A DNA stretch of 62,859 nucleotides, filler included, from Syncephalis fuscata S228 (GCA_025786725.1; 4 parts of 4 records of this genome joined end to end with filler, not necessarily neighbours in it); one strand, 5' to 3'. Positions 26,880-40,364 are shown, counted from the whole stretch's first letter. The notes: generated by a model not told the origin, from the sequence alone. A program made the numbers and translations.

Positions 26880-27270
26880 ACATTGTGTTATAAAAACAGT
26901 TTAAACTGTTGTTTTATTAATGGCTTTATTTTTAATTTAATCTAAAGTTTATGAGTTTGTCATTTAGCCTAATAGCTAAATAAATGTATTGAACACGATA
27001 ATGAATGGTGAGTGATAGCAATTATCAAATACTCATCATCATGTTCAATAGAAAAAATGTTTAGTTTAAATATGTGAATAATTAAATTAGTCATTTAACA
27101 TCAAAATAATCATAAATGGCTAGTAATTTAAGTTAATAAATAAGACAGTAAGCTAAATAAACCATTGATATCATTGCTAAATAGCTGCCGTACCTGTGAT
27201 TGTAGTAAATGTAACTAACTGTGATATGTTAATGTTGCGAGAAGAATGAAGATATTTATTTAACTAATAA
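26880..27270. mobile_element. Internally deleted family A element (two opposed arms fused at the core)
   Basis: TATTGAACACGATAATGAATGGTGAGTGAT...CAAATACTCATCATCATGTTCAATA (26987-27049); the right flank is homologous to the reverse complement of 18250-18480. Confidence 0.7.
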
Positions 27271-27399
27271 AAAGATGGATTGTACTAATTCAGCATATAA
27301 ATTAAAAGGTGCTAAATAAGCAGCTTATCATTAGCCAAGCGTAGTTAAAAATAGTTTATACACCAATAACAATTGTTCGATGTTTCTAATAGCACCCTT

Positions 27400-27750
27400 T
27401 TAGGCTTGTATTCATCATCCATTCCTAAATAGTCTATTGATTTACATTTTTGCTGTTAGAATCAACTCGGAATACTAAAATAAAAATACGCACCAATCGC
27501 TATATTTAATATAGTCCTTGGCCTTACCCATCTTAATGTTTCCAGGAATAATGCCACAAGGCAGTTTTCCATCAATAGTATTGCTGGTCTCACTGTTAGT
27601 GGCAATAATGTGGTCACTAACTGGTTTATTACGCGTGTTATCCAAAACCACATGCTTGACAGATTTGTCTGTGCATCAGCCACTAGGCAGCATCAGTACT
27701 TGCAGCGGAGTTTTATTATATACACAGTAATTGATGTTGCCTTGCCATTT
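27400..27750 (-). pseudogene. Spliced gene remnant of unknown family
   Basis: Open stretch CTDKSVKHVVLDNTRNKPVSDH...GNIKM followed by a GTAAGG...TTTTAG intron; stops upstream. Confidence 0.3.
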
Positions 27751-27815
27751 CTATTTTTTACTTTTCTTCGTCTTACAAATTAGCGCCAAATAGTAGACTT
27801 ACAAGCTATTTCGTG

Positions 27816-27970
27816 TAAGTGTGTCAACGTGCGTGTGTGTGTGTAAGTGTACACGAATATGTGATCACAGTCAACTATTTGTATATAGTTTTACTCGTGT
27901 ACGTGCGTGTGTGTGTACGTGTGTGTGTGTGTGCGTATGCATGTTATGTGTGTATGGACGTGTGTGTGAC
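27816..27970. repeat. TG/CG-rich alternating purine-pyrimidine microsatellite tract
   Basis: GTGTGTGTGCGTATGC-type runs upstream of the RasGAP gene. Confidence 0.8.
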
Positions 27971-28241
27971 GGAGATAAATAACTCCACTGATTTATGGAC
28001 TGACTATTTCTTCCCCTGTGTTCATTAAATACTAATTGAGCCACTTGTATTCAATCTTCTATATATTGTCCACTATTCCATTCATAGTCATCTCTCGTCT
28101 CTTTCTCTTTTCTTTGCCAGAATAGCATCATTGCTTTATTGACCATCACTGAACTGAACAGTGGTGCTTAGACTCGTTACTCTGCTTGTCGTATACACGA
28201 GCACTAGCTGGCGTGTGCTTTCGTAGATTTCGACGGAAAGC

Positions 28242-31118
28242 ATGACCGATATAATACTGCCAAGTATAAGCAACAATAGCAGTATCTTAACAGGAATGAC
28301 ACATAGTACACAGCGTGAGCCGGGAATTGTCCGGGCTGGCCCTCTTTGGATGTTCGGTAACTACTTTATTTGTGTAATGTGAACAAGTAAATAACCAACT
28401 AGTGTCATTTAGTGGCCAAACCAGGTAGCAGCAACTCTGTAGGCGAGTTGTCGGGACAGTGGCAACGGGTGGTTTGTACACTTCGTTCCAATGGGTACTT
28501 TTCACAGGCTGATGCTGAGGTAAGCTAGTGATTTACGATGGTTGGTCAAGTAGCTGAGCAAGCTTGGTTATTGACTTGAAATTGATCATTGTGCACTATC
28601 CTTTTATAGACGGGTGTATTAGGCGATCTGCTAAATATGCGCGACCGGACTCGTCGAGATGCACGGCTTGTCGATGATTCTGTGCTTGATCGTCGCCATT
28701 GCTTCTCTATTCGGGGCCCGTTAGGCATAACGTTTTATGCGGCCGATAATCGTGCAACTCGTTTAGCATGGTGTACGCTGTTGAAACAGGCAGCGACTGA
28801 AGAGATGGAAAGCCGTATTACAGCACTCATCGCTTCACTTAATCTACAGGAGACGAGTACGTACTCAAGCAACAATAGACGGTTACATAATACGTCAGGA
28901 ATTCGTCAAACGTACTCCGATGACGACGACAGGGGTAAGGGGATAGATGTCGGCGTTAAAGGAATTCAAGGTGCAGATCAGCGTGCACGAGCGGTGTCAG
29001 TGCTAGAAGCTGATAAGTTTCGAATTGAACGGCGATTACAAATTCGTATAAATGAAGCACGTAAACTACAGCTTGATGACCGTCGTTGTTGGATTTCAGT
29101 TGAGGTCGGTGATGAATTCCATTCACGTACTTGTGCGGTCGATGGACCAGAGCCATCATGGGGGGAGGAATATACGATAAAGTAAGTTATTAATGTGTTA
29201 AATAAATAGTTAATTAATTGTTGAATAGCGATATTCCAGGCCATGTTGACGAGGCACGTTTGGTTGTGTACAGTCGATCAAAACACGATAAAAATGCACG
29301 TATTGGTGTTGTACGTGTGCCACTAGGCTCATTGCCTAAAGTTCAACCATTTGATAATTGGTATCCTATTGTTCGTGATCCCATGGATTTAACAAGCGTT
29401 AATCTGGCTGGTACACATCTTGGCGATGTTCGACTTCGACTACGCTATGAAGAACTTGTTGTATTACCGGCGGTTGCTTACGAAGAGCTTTCAAAGGTAA
29501 ACTGATAGCATATGGTTTATTTGTTATGTATTGATTGTTTGTTGGCAATTTAACTAATTATATGTACGTAGATATTGTTAGAGGACGAGCCTTTACTAGT
29601 CATTGCTATTGCTGGTGTTACACGTAATTTGGACTGGCTTGCTGAACGACTTGTATTGACGCACCAGGCCAATCATCGTGCAGTAGAATGGCTGCAATTT
29701 CTAGCAGCCCATGAAGTGACAAAAACTGGTGATGCCAATATTTTATTTAGGTATATAATTTATAGATCTACAGCATGGTAGTACCATAATTAACACTATA
29801 TGTAGAGGCAATTCATTGACTACTAAAGCAATCGATGCCTATATGAAGTTAGTGGGATGGCAATATCTTGATGATACCATTGGTGGTGCACTTCGTTATA
29901 TCTGTGCTAATCGAGTATGCTGCGAGGTAAGTGTATTATATAGATATAGCAGAATGTATGATTTAATTGCTTATAAACTATTATAGATGGATAGTTCACG
30001 TATGGACAATCCTGCCGATGTAACAAAGAATGGCGAAGAACTTAAAAGTTACGCTCAAATGATTTGGCGAGCAATAGAGGCATCGATAGAAGAATGTCCG
30101 ATGTAATTTGCACTATATAGTATTTAATTTAATGTACTAATAATAAGGACTATTATTAGGGAATTACGTCGACTATTTGCCCATATTCAACGTCAAGTAA
30201 TGGAAAAACATAGTGTACGTGAGGGTACATCGCCCAATGTACGCTATACCTGTGTTAGGTAATAAGCAATGAAACATGCAAATAATATATATTATACTAA
30301 TTGATCGATTATAATTAGTGGCTTTTTATTCCTTCGACTATTCTGTCCAGCTGTTCTATCACCACGTCTATTTGATCTTGTGCCAGGTAATTAGGCGACT
30401 GGCTTATCATAATCTATATTAATACAATATCGAACTAGAACATCCTGATGCGGGTACACAGCGTACACTGACGCTTTTGGCCAAAACACTTCAATGCTTG
30501 GGCAATATTGTTGAATTTGGTGCTAAAGAGACTTTTATGATACCTATGAATTCATTTATTCAGGTAATTAATTAGTTAATCGACTATTAGTGTATTTATT
30601 TATTCATTTTTGCTTGTGATTAATAGGAAAACATCAATGGATTTAAGCATTTTGTTGATAAATTAGCCGGCGTTGAACCATTCCCTGAACGGGCACGCGA
30701 CCAATCACGTGTAGTTACACTGAATGGACGTCAACGTCGTCGTCGTGGTCTTATATTTAATAAACAACGACGACCTTTGTCCGAATCGTCGATAAGCGGC
30801 ACACTAACGGCTAATCTACAACAGCCAGTACCTGCTTCTCTTGACGATCTATCAACACAACCAGCATTGCCGTATATGATTGATCCTGATCGTGAATTAG
30901 CAGCCATTGCCGACTATGTACACACCAATAAGGAGCGATTGATAGGCGTGGTAAGCGAGCTTGATGAAGCACGCGGCCAGCAACGACAAGTTACTAGTCC
31001 TACAATGTCAGGCCGTACTAGTTCTTTAGTGCGCACATGTGATCCGGCTGCACTATGCCGTCTTATTAATATTTGCGAGCAAATACACGCTCGCGTACTA
31101 AAGACAAAACAGCTATAA
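28242..31118 (+). CDS. Ras GTPase-activating protein with PH and C2 domains (Bud2/GAP1-like)
   Basis: PH-like (GQWQRVVCTL...HCFSI...LAWCTLL), C2 (INEARKL...PSWGEEY...IGVVRVPL...NWYPI), RasGAP arginine finger ILFRGNSL, GFLFLRLFCPAVLSP, TLLAKTLQCLGN, KETFMIPMN. Confidence 0.92.
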
Positions 31119-31513
31119 GCAAGCATGAAAGAGCTGACCATCGTGTATGAACTATGCTGGCATAGTCAATTCGACCTTTTGTCCTTTTTATCACCACTAC
31201 TATTCTATTATTACTATTTCAATTATTATTACTATTGTCATTATTTGTGTTTGTGATATATTAAGTAAATTAATCTATATTATTTGTAAAATCGATATCG
31301 TTTATGTCATAGAGAAAGAGAGAAAGCAATAAAGGCTATATCATGAATAGTAGTAATAGTGGTAACTTTGAAAAGATGCTATGCAAATACGATCAAGTGA
31401 TCATAAATGTAAACACATACATATATGAAATGTAGAGGAGAGAGAGATTAGGAAAGAATGATAATGGTTAATATGATAAGAATACTGAATAAGCAAATAA
31501 GAAGTGTTAGTTC

Positions 31514-32843
31514 TTATTTCTGCGATACAGACGCAGCCCATTGTTTAAGATCTACTGGGGCCATTTGACAGCGTGTAACAAATGGCGACTCAAGTAGTTG
31601 GGCTGGTGTGGGTCGTTGATCAGGGTTTTTAAGTAGACTATAGTTTATAACAGTATTTAGCCAATTAATTAATATTTACTCTATACTACTTACCATGCAG
31701 CTACAAATTGGCATAGATCCTCTGGATACATACCAGCAGGCAGTGTAGGTGCTGGCTCATTCACAATATAGTTAAGTAATTCGAGAATGGCCAGCTGTTT
31801 GCCATCGGGTGGGAAAGGAAACCGGCCCATAGCCAATTCCATAACGGTAATACCGACACTCCATACATCCGACTTGACCGAGTAAGGACCGCCTTGAATA
31901 CGTTCAGGCTAATATAGTATTAAATGTTAATATTGATATTGATTAGTATGACTATTTATGATAATGGGCGCATGGCAATGGATACTATATGATAAACTAC
32001 TTACCGACATATAAGCATTGGTGCCTACAAAAGTACTGGCAATACTGTTAATCAATACACCGCTTACACCAAAATCACAGATTTTAATTTGACCGGATGA
32101 ATTCAATAGAATATTGCATGGTTTTATGTCTATTATTCCAATAATCATAGCAACAATGAATATAAATGTGTAGTCATCAACGTTTACACTTACCTCGATG
32201 AATAATGCGATGATTGTCATAAAGATAGATAAGCCCGCTTAACATATTATACGTAATTTTACCAACGATTTCAACGGCAATTGGACCCTTTTTACGATAA
32301 ATACCGTCTAATGATCTAATAGACATTCAATACCAATAAAACTGGTTTCAAGATTTAAATACTTACCCAATGTCCATATACTCCATACACATACAGATTT
32401 CACCATGATTAAGAAACGCTCCGTAGAAAGAAACAATGTAAGGAGAGTCGCAGTCATGTAGTACTTGTAACTCGCGTAGAATCTGCTTCTTTACTTGTGG
32501 CTGTGTTTCCACATGGATATTCTACCATACGTATAGCCATAAGCTACAGGTACATAACTATCGTGCTAGCAATACTGACCTTTTTCGCCATAATGGTCTT
32601 TGTTGGCGCGTGGAGTACTTTATCAACGCTGCCGCCGTTACCTGCACCAAGTTCTTGAATCATTTGCAAATCCTCGGCTTGCAAGTCCAGCTTGAACTCC
32701 AAACCAATTTCAAGAGAAAATTGGTCTTCGTTTTGACCAAACGACGGGCTGCGATTGCGAACTAAAGGCGTATTAGGCAAGGTAAGGTTCTTCATATTGC
32801 GCTTTCGGCGAATAGAGCCGCCGCCCATCATAAGAGTAGCCAT
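31514..32843 (-). CDS. STE7: MAP kinase kinase, Ste7/Fuz7/MEK1 type
   Basis: Docking site [91 protein letters not shown]. Confidence 0.93.
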
Positions 32844-32952
32844 GATGCGAATGAAACTTAAGACAAAGAAAGAGCAAGATGAAGGCCAAAGTAATAAAAT
32901 AAGTGGGGCTATCCACGTAAGTTTTTTACTTCAAAAATTACTTGATAACGGC

Positions 32953-33000
<48 letters not shown>
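32953..33000. repeat. (AGT)16 perfect microsatellite upstream of the MAP2K start
   Basis: 48 bp of uninterrupted AGT. Confidence 0.97.
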
Positions 33001-33002
<2 letters not shown>

Positions 33003-33859
33003 AGGAGAAGAAGACTAAGGACGAAGAAGAGGCGGAAGGAGAGTATTAGGAAGAGTGTGACAGTGGTAAAAAACGACCAAGTTTAAAAGAAAAGTCAGAA
33101 ACGATGATATTGCCAGCATTGGTGGGAATGAGCGTCAAGTCCTTCTGGCCCTGAAACAACCAATGTTGTGACGATAATGTAATAGCTGAGCTATTACAAC
33201 GAACTTGGAAGTTTCGGCCTTTTAATAATAGCGTTAATAATAATAACGATAATACCTGTAGTATTATTAATAACTATAACAAGAATAAAGTAATAACAAT
33301 AGCAACAACAATAAAAATAACAACAATAGAACTAGTATTGATAATAACAAGTAACAGTTATATTAGTGCAAATGCTATAATTAATACAAATTACAGGCGC
33401 ACCACACACACAAAGAGAAAGATGTGCACGCGTAAAGACCACATGTTCGCACATTTTAGTAATGTCTTCTATGATGGATATGGACATGCACACGATTCTA
33501 AAAGTAGAGAGGATCAAAAATGGTAGAGCCTTAGTTAACTAGTTCTATTGCTGTGAAAAAGGTTCGATGAACTGAGCCAAGGAAGCGTTGATAATAGCAA
33601 CGCTTGATAGACTGGTTTGAATAAGCAAGGTGCTAGCAACAAATGGCTGTTTTTTAACATTGCTGCCATTTAGTATAAGGCTGCCAAGGCGACTTGTAGT
33701 TTATTCGTGCCAAAAGTGGAATGAGTATTGCATGGACATACCGTGCAGGTGCATATGAATGAGTGAACAATAAGACTATGATAGTTATGGATATACATTG
33801 TTTGAATATTAAACAATAAGTTTAGTTAACGTATCTTTATATATACCAGTAATTGAATT

Positions 33860-34503
33860 GTGCTTTGACTTTTACATTTTGAGTTATTAAAATAAAATTC
33901 ACTTTAATAAAAGTCATGCGGCTATGCACAACATAGTTATATTAGTTTCTATTAAAATATTGTTAATAAATTGGTTTAAATAAACAATGTAACATACTAT
34001 TTGATTTTATTGAAACATTTGAGGTTGATTATTGTTGTTGGCTATGTGTAGAAAGATTGATTAAATATTAATAGAAGCCATATAATTGCAACTCCATGTC
34101 ATTCCGCATTTGCTGTTATTGCATCTATATACAACATGGATTTTTATGTCTAAATGGTCTCTTCTATTTTTTAATATTCTAGTATTGCATTTTGGGCATA
34201 TTGTGCTGTAAGATCAATATTAATATAGTTATTATAAGTATTGTTTATTAAACAGCCACTTTCTTTATAGTCAATCTGACTAAATAAATGGCATTTTGAA
34301 CAATTAATATTATAATTATAATATATATATATTAAAACAATAATAAAGATAACTAATTAATTACATTATTGTATTGATAAGCACACATAATTCAATTAAT
34401 GTTAAATGCAATATTATACATGTTATAGTAATGAATAAGTATTTAATTATGTCTAAAGTGTTGAGGTGTGAAATGGATAAATAAAAGATGTGGAAGTAAA
34501 TAG
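33860..34503 (+). mobile_element. MITE-like family C, copy 1
   Basis: Colinear over ~600 bp with 56583-57202; left end GTGCTTTGACT, right end degraded. Confidence 0.8.
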
Positions 34504-34670
34504 CCCCATACCAGTAATTGACACTGCATAATCCGTATCGTTGGTATGTAAAATCATTTCTTTATTTTGACCATGTGCATGAATGTTGATACATGGCAAC
34601 AAAGCTGTGAATCACAATAAAATGTAAGTTTTAACCTGCCAAAGCATTAACTCCGCTTATCATTTATCAA

Positions 34671-35757
34671 TTAACCAAAATGAGTCTCGCTATTCTTTGT
34701 GACAATAGGAATAAGGCTGCCACTAACGACGGATTCTTGATTGGCTGCCCAAGCGAACAGTTTTCTATAACAAATAGGTAGTTAGCTATGGTATTTTTCA
34801 CTGTTTTACTATATTTACTGGTTGATGGCACTTAAGGGTGTCCATGTTGTGAAATCGGCATTGGGCATGGCAGCACGATTGGCCGGTGTATCTAGAGTCA
34901 CACTAATAATACATAAATGATAATTAAATAACACGTTTTTTAATACTGATGGTGACTTACGGTAGTATGGCTACGACACGGGTACCAGAGGGTAAACCGC
35001 TGCTAGCATCCGCAAAACTGGCTGTCAATTGGTGAACAGCTGCCTTAGCCGCGCCATAGCCCACCATAACTATACACCATTGTAATATAATAAGCAATTG
35101 CTAGACATATATTAATCTAATGATGTACTTACAGCCGGTTCCTTCCTTGGCAGCTAATGCTCCAGTCAATACCAATAGGCCATCTCTATTTAATATTCAT
35201 TAATAGTTTGTCTAGAGCAGAAAGAAGTGTAATGAGAAAGAGAGAGAATAGGCCAACTTACGGTTTCAAAAATTGGCTTGCAATGTAGCCCGCAATCAAA
35301 GAAGAGTTGACACTTTGTTTCCACATCAATTCGGCATTGGTTAGTGATTCTATACGACGAAGAACAGGACCATTAGTAATAGAAGGGCCAACTATGTACT
35401 TTGCCATAGGCGAGCTAATAAGTACTACCTACCCAATGTTGCGATATTGCCACCTGCCCATCCACCTGCCACACAGAGTAGTGCATCAAGGCGTGTATCG
35501 GCCAATACTGCCGCGAGCTTTGCCGTTAATTGCTCTCCTTGTTGAGAGACCGATGCATCAAGTTCAGCTAGGACATTGATTTTTGCCTCGGCACTATTGC
35601 GTACATCTACCGATACCGTTGTCTAGTCATAGAATGCTATATAAGCAAAGCTTTATAATAAACGATTGTTACTTACCCAACCTTGTTCGTTAAAGTGCTT
35701 AATAATAGACGCACCAAGAGCGCCGGCACCACCATAGACTAGTACAGTTGAAGGCAT
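34671..35757 (-). CDS. QDPR: Dihydropteridine reductase (SDR family)
   Basis: [75 protein letters not shown]. Confidence 0.95.
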
Positions 35758-35852
35758 TGTGCAAGAACAATAGTAATAGCTTAAATGTAGCAGTAATAGC
35801 AACAGTAAAGAAAGAACGTGGGAAGCAAGCAATCAGACAGGTACACTACTCG

Positions 35853-35860
35853 TTACGTCA
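35853..35860. promoter_or_regulatory. CRE-like (ATF/CREB) site TTACGTCA ~95 bp upstream of QDPR
   Basis: Motif match and position only. Confidence 0.25.
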
Positions 35861-35911
35861 CCTAAGCTTGTTACTAGATTGATAGTTTCAAATTCAATAG
35901 TTTTTAATCAA

Positions 35912-36489
35912 GAAGCTACCATACTTTGACTCTCTAGCTTCAAACTGGGACAAAAAATCCATAACTTGAACAATAAACCGTTAGTCAGTTTTTACTACTG
36001 AAAAGTGGTATTTGTTGAAGCAGTGTCATATCAACTTCGATTGAATTAATTGAAGTTGAATTAATCAGTACTACTTTCAATATCGAAATGGATATGAAAT
36101 AGTATTTTCATGTCACTTACAATGAAATGTTACATTTGATTACGATATTGATGCAACAGCAGAATATTGGAAAATAAAAGAGGCCATTTAGACGCAAGGA
36201 AACCACACTGTACGTAGTAACAACGATAACAACTGTGGAATGATATGGAAGCATAATCATATGGCTTTTATTAATATTTGAGCAATTTTTCTACGCATGG
36301 CTAACAACAACAATAATCGACTTCAAATGTTTCAAAGAAATCGAATAGTATGTTACATTATTTTATTTAAATCGACCCGCCAGCAATATTTTAATAGGAA
36401 GCAATACAACTATGTTTGTTATGCATAACTGAGCGACTTCAATTGGAACGAATTTTACTTTGGGGACTCAAAATATGAGAGTCAAAGCA
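35912..36489 (-). mobile_element. MITE-like family C, copy 2 (both ends present, one half of the interior different)
   Basis: GAAGCTACCATACTTTGACTCTC at the left and GAGAGTCAAAGC at the right; 36150-36489 is a reverse-complement homologue of 56583-56920. Confidence 0.75.
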
Positions 36490-36530
36490 AAATTGGGGAA
36501 TTTTGAAAAAGCTAAAAATGTTTGATAAGA

Positions 36531-36797
36531 AAAAAGTTAATTACAATAAATACAACAGATTTTAATTTAAAATTTTGCTTATTTGTTTAATTTAGTTGAT
36601 TGTAGCAATATAAACAGCAATGCCAACCGTGTTTTATTTGCCAAAAGACTTCCAATAATATACTGGTGGCAAATGCAACTTAAAAATACAATACAAGAAC
36701 ATGCTTTATAAGGATTAGTATTAAGGATATTGAGCTAGTAGTTAATGTTGAAATAAACGTTTTTTATTGAATAAATACAAACTACTAATGAAACAGC
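36531..36797 (+). repeat. Dispersed repeat family B (copy 2)
   Basis: Homologous to 20262-20527. Confidence 0.85.
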
Positions 36798-38106
36798 TAT
36801 TAAAATGAAGAAAGTGTAATGCAGGCAAAAATTATTTGATTAATAGATATTTTTTTAATTTAAGATTTAACCAACAAATAAAATTAGGCTGGCTTATTTA
36901 GAGCGTTTCAGATATTAAATTTAGCAATTAAATAATTCCGAATTACATAAAAGTATTATTGATTTGATCAACTCAAACTAATTAGTTGGTGTATCAAGCA
37001 AGAGTGAATATATGCAAAATAAAATCGTCAACACGACATTTGTCATTGATAAACTAAAACAATCTACTCGTAACATTCATTTCTAAATTTTACAGTAGCC
37101 GCATTAATATTTTAATTTAAAAAGTCATAGAACATGGCGAAAGAAGCTTATGAGGGCGCTGTGACGGATCATTTAAACCACTTGGTTTGTATTAAATCTT
37201 ATGATATTTTTATCAACTAAATAAAGATAACTTTTCCACAATATTAAGCACGTTATTGGCTGTTTAATGTAATTTGGCAGTTAAATAGCTATAATAGCCA
37301 CTCATTTAAACAAAATATTTGTTTTTATTGAAGATAAAGCTAGGTGATGAGTGCCATTGGACATTAAATGTTTAGTTATCATTATTATTGTACTATACAT
37401 ATCTATCTTGTATACACATACTATATGTCCGTCTATATCGTTAACATTGTAAATTGTAGAAATTATATTAGAAAAAGCTAAAAGCTTGTTGCTAACTGTA
37501 TTCTTTTAGCAGATCTTGATCCATTTCGTTCATTGCTCTTGGTCAATTACACACAGTATAGTTTCACTATTACTATTCATGTATTTGATTTGTTAATTTA
37601 TTTTGTTTTATAGTATTATATGCTTTATTGCCATGTTTTATTAAAAAAGCATCTTTATTCTAATTTCAGCATACTATTATTTGACTATATGGTAATGATA
37701 TCTTTGCTACTATTCATACCAATCTATGCCTATAGCTTACATGATATAATCATACGCATTTTGTTATTAATCTAACTATTTAATTAATGATAGTCAATTA
37801 CTGAATGCAAATAAAACATGCTTATAGATATAACAATTTGATTGTATATAGTTAAGATGAAACCATAAGTTTATTACTATAAACTTGCACAGTTGAATAG
37901 GGACAACTAAATGCAAACCTATTGGTAAAATAGTGGTTCCATTGATTAAAGACTGGATAAACCGGAGCATTGGCCAAAACTTGATGTATAAATAGACTGG
38001 ACGGCGTAATTGTCAAATGGTCTTGTTTTTTACCGAATATATACCTAAATTATATTGGAATAGTGGTTTGATTGCACTACCGATGCTGATGTCTTGGAAC
38101 CATCGA

Positions 38107-38253
38107 TTAACGCCCAAAACCGTCAAAGTCCCAAGGAGCACGACGAACCAAAGTTGATTCATCATCCACCATGGTTGGTTTAGCATCGACCATGGTTGTA
38201 GCGGCTATCAAAGCCACAACGACGATGCAAACGGCGGCAATAGAAAGCTTCAT
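38107..38253 (-). CDS. Small secreted prepropeptide (48 aa): MKLSIAAVCIVVVALIAATTMVDA-KPTMVDDESTLVRR-APWDFDGFGR
   Basis: CACC-ATG context, typical signal peptide, acidic pro-segment, Kex2-type LVRR site; below the ORF-track cutoff. The C-terminus could change with an indel or intron. Confidence 0.7.
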   Translation of the reverse strand: MKLSIAAVCIVVVALIAATTMVDAKPTMVDDESTLVRRAPWDFDGFGR

Positions 38254-38627
38254 GGTGATATTGATTTGTTGATACAAACAACTAAAAGAGATAGTAGAGT
38301 GTGGTTGATATAAAGTGGAGAGTAGTGCGTGTATAGCAAGAAGTAAAGTTTGATTGGTATAAAGTGGAGAGTAGTGTGTGTTTGGTAAGAAATAGAGTGT
38401 GATACTGATATCACAGTTAGTTGCGTATATTTTGTGGGCTATTTAAACTTATAGCTATGCTGAGATGTCAGTATACTACAGTATACGAGATATACCATTG
38501 ATGTGTAATATGAATCAATAAGGCAATCTAGGTGATGGTTTGAAATGGGCATGTACCAATAGATTCATGGTGTGATAGGGTGCTCTTAGCCTTTACTTCA
38601 GTCTTACTGGCCTTAGTTTAACCTATT

Positions 38628-39083
38628 CGGTCTTTACTCCAACCTGCTAGTCATTTGCGCAAATAACACAGCAATGGTAATAATCCAGTACATATGTAAT
38701 AAAAATAGCTATACTAGCCTGTATTTTTTGTTACACGGTCTAACTATTTGGTAAAAACAAGTGCATTGCTTGGTTTTGTAAAACGATAATGGTGTCTTTG
38801 CTGCCATTTCTACCGATTCGGTCCTTAATATCTGCATACATACAAAATAATGCATAACCTGACCGGTCTTTACTTCAACCTGCTGGTTATTTGCGCAAAT
38901 AACACAGCAATGGTAATAATCCAGTACATATGTAATAAAATAGCTATACTAGCCTGTATTTTTTGTTACACGGTCTAACTATTTGGTAAAAACAAGTGCA
39001 TTGCTTGGTTTTGTAAAACGATAATGGTGTCTTTGCTGCCATTTCTACCGATTCGGTCCTTAATATCTGCATACAAATAATGT
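38628..39083. repeat. Near-identical 236-bp tandem duplication
   Basis: CGGTCTTTACT.CAACCTGCT starts at 38628 and 38864; ~190 bp appear identical. Confidence 0.95.
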
Positions 39084-40364
39084 ACAACACTGACGCAAAA
39101 ACAGGTTTAATGTATCAAACTGGTATTTTGTACAGGTTTTTACTGCTATAAATAGGTCAATTGTAATTCCTTAAATTATAAAGTGAATGGATTGGTTTTA
39201 TGGTGCATTTCATTCAACACTATGCCCATTATTATGGGTAGTCATTGCTTTGAATTAACTAATGCATTACATTCAGGCATATTATACCACATGTTGTGCA
39301 ACTACCATCATTCAAATGACGGCCAATCTAAATTACCTGAAATTGTCTATTCAATAAGTACTGTTTGTTCATGATGCATCACAGCATTTTGAGCAATGAA
39401 ACATTCTAACAAGTTATTTTTGTCATCAGTTTTCAGCTGTAAACTAAATTGCATCTGTTAAATTATACACAATACAATATGAAGACACTAGACTAGACAC
39501 AATAGAAAGCTCTAACCAAGTACCAGCAATTTCAAGTCCATAATGTCAATGGATTGTATATCAACCGGTAATTATCCAAGGCTTAACTGCTGCTTACATT
39601 TCTAAAACTACTTTTGACAAATTAAGCAAGATAGAATATAGAAAAACAAGCCAAGGCAGAAACCAATGAAAAACAATTGACAGCTCAAAACTTACTGGTT
39701 TAGCTTATAGCAAATCATTATAGCTATGCTAAGCTGGACTGCATTTATCAAATCTGGCTGCTGCTGATGCGGCCAGAACTGCAACAACGTTAAGTTAAGA
39801 ATAACACACAAAAAACAGAGAGTTGTAAATATAATTAAATTAATAAGTTAGTAGTTAAATAACTTATTATTGCCACTATAATTTATAATGCTAGTTGTTT
39901 GTACAAATAATATTTATAATTACATCATAACTTCTTATATACTTACATGTACACGACCACCAACTAAGCCAACTATTATAAGGCTTAATTTAATTATTTA
40001 TCAAAGTAAGCAGCTAATATTATACAATAATGTTGAATATAACAATATAAATAGCATGCGTATATGAACATCAATAAAGAACATTATTTAATCTCTAGTT
40101 TTTGCTTCTCTTATTTTACATTAACATCTGTTCAAGTAACCTCAACGCAGCCACACTTCTGGTTACACCTTTCGTTACAAGATATTCCTAATGAAAACAC
40201 TCAACCTATCATTATTGCATATGGTGGAGGCCATTTGCTTTATCAATGGTAGAAAAATAAACTGTGCCTACCAAGTTGATATCAAGAATGTCAAGAGAAT
40301 GGTGAACATTAGAAATGCTAGTCGTCCTACCTTCTTGTTATCATAGACGAGTATTTTACATACA

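Noticed and set aside
39480-40360. Coding-like fragments
   Set aside because: Multiple stops, no recognisable family and no consistent splice structure.
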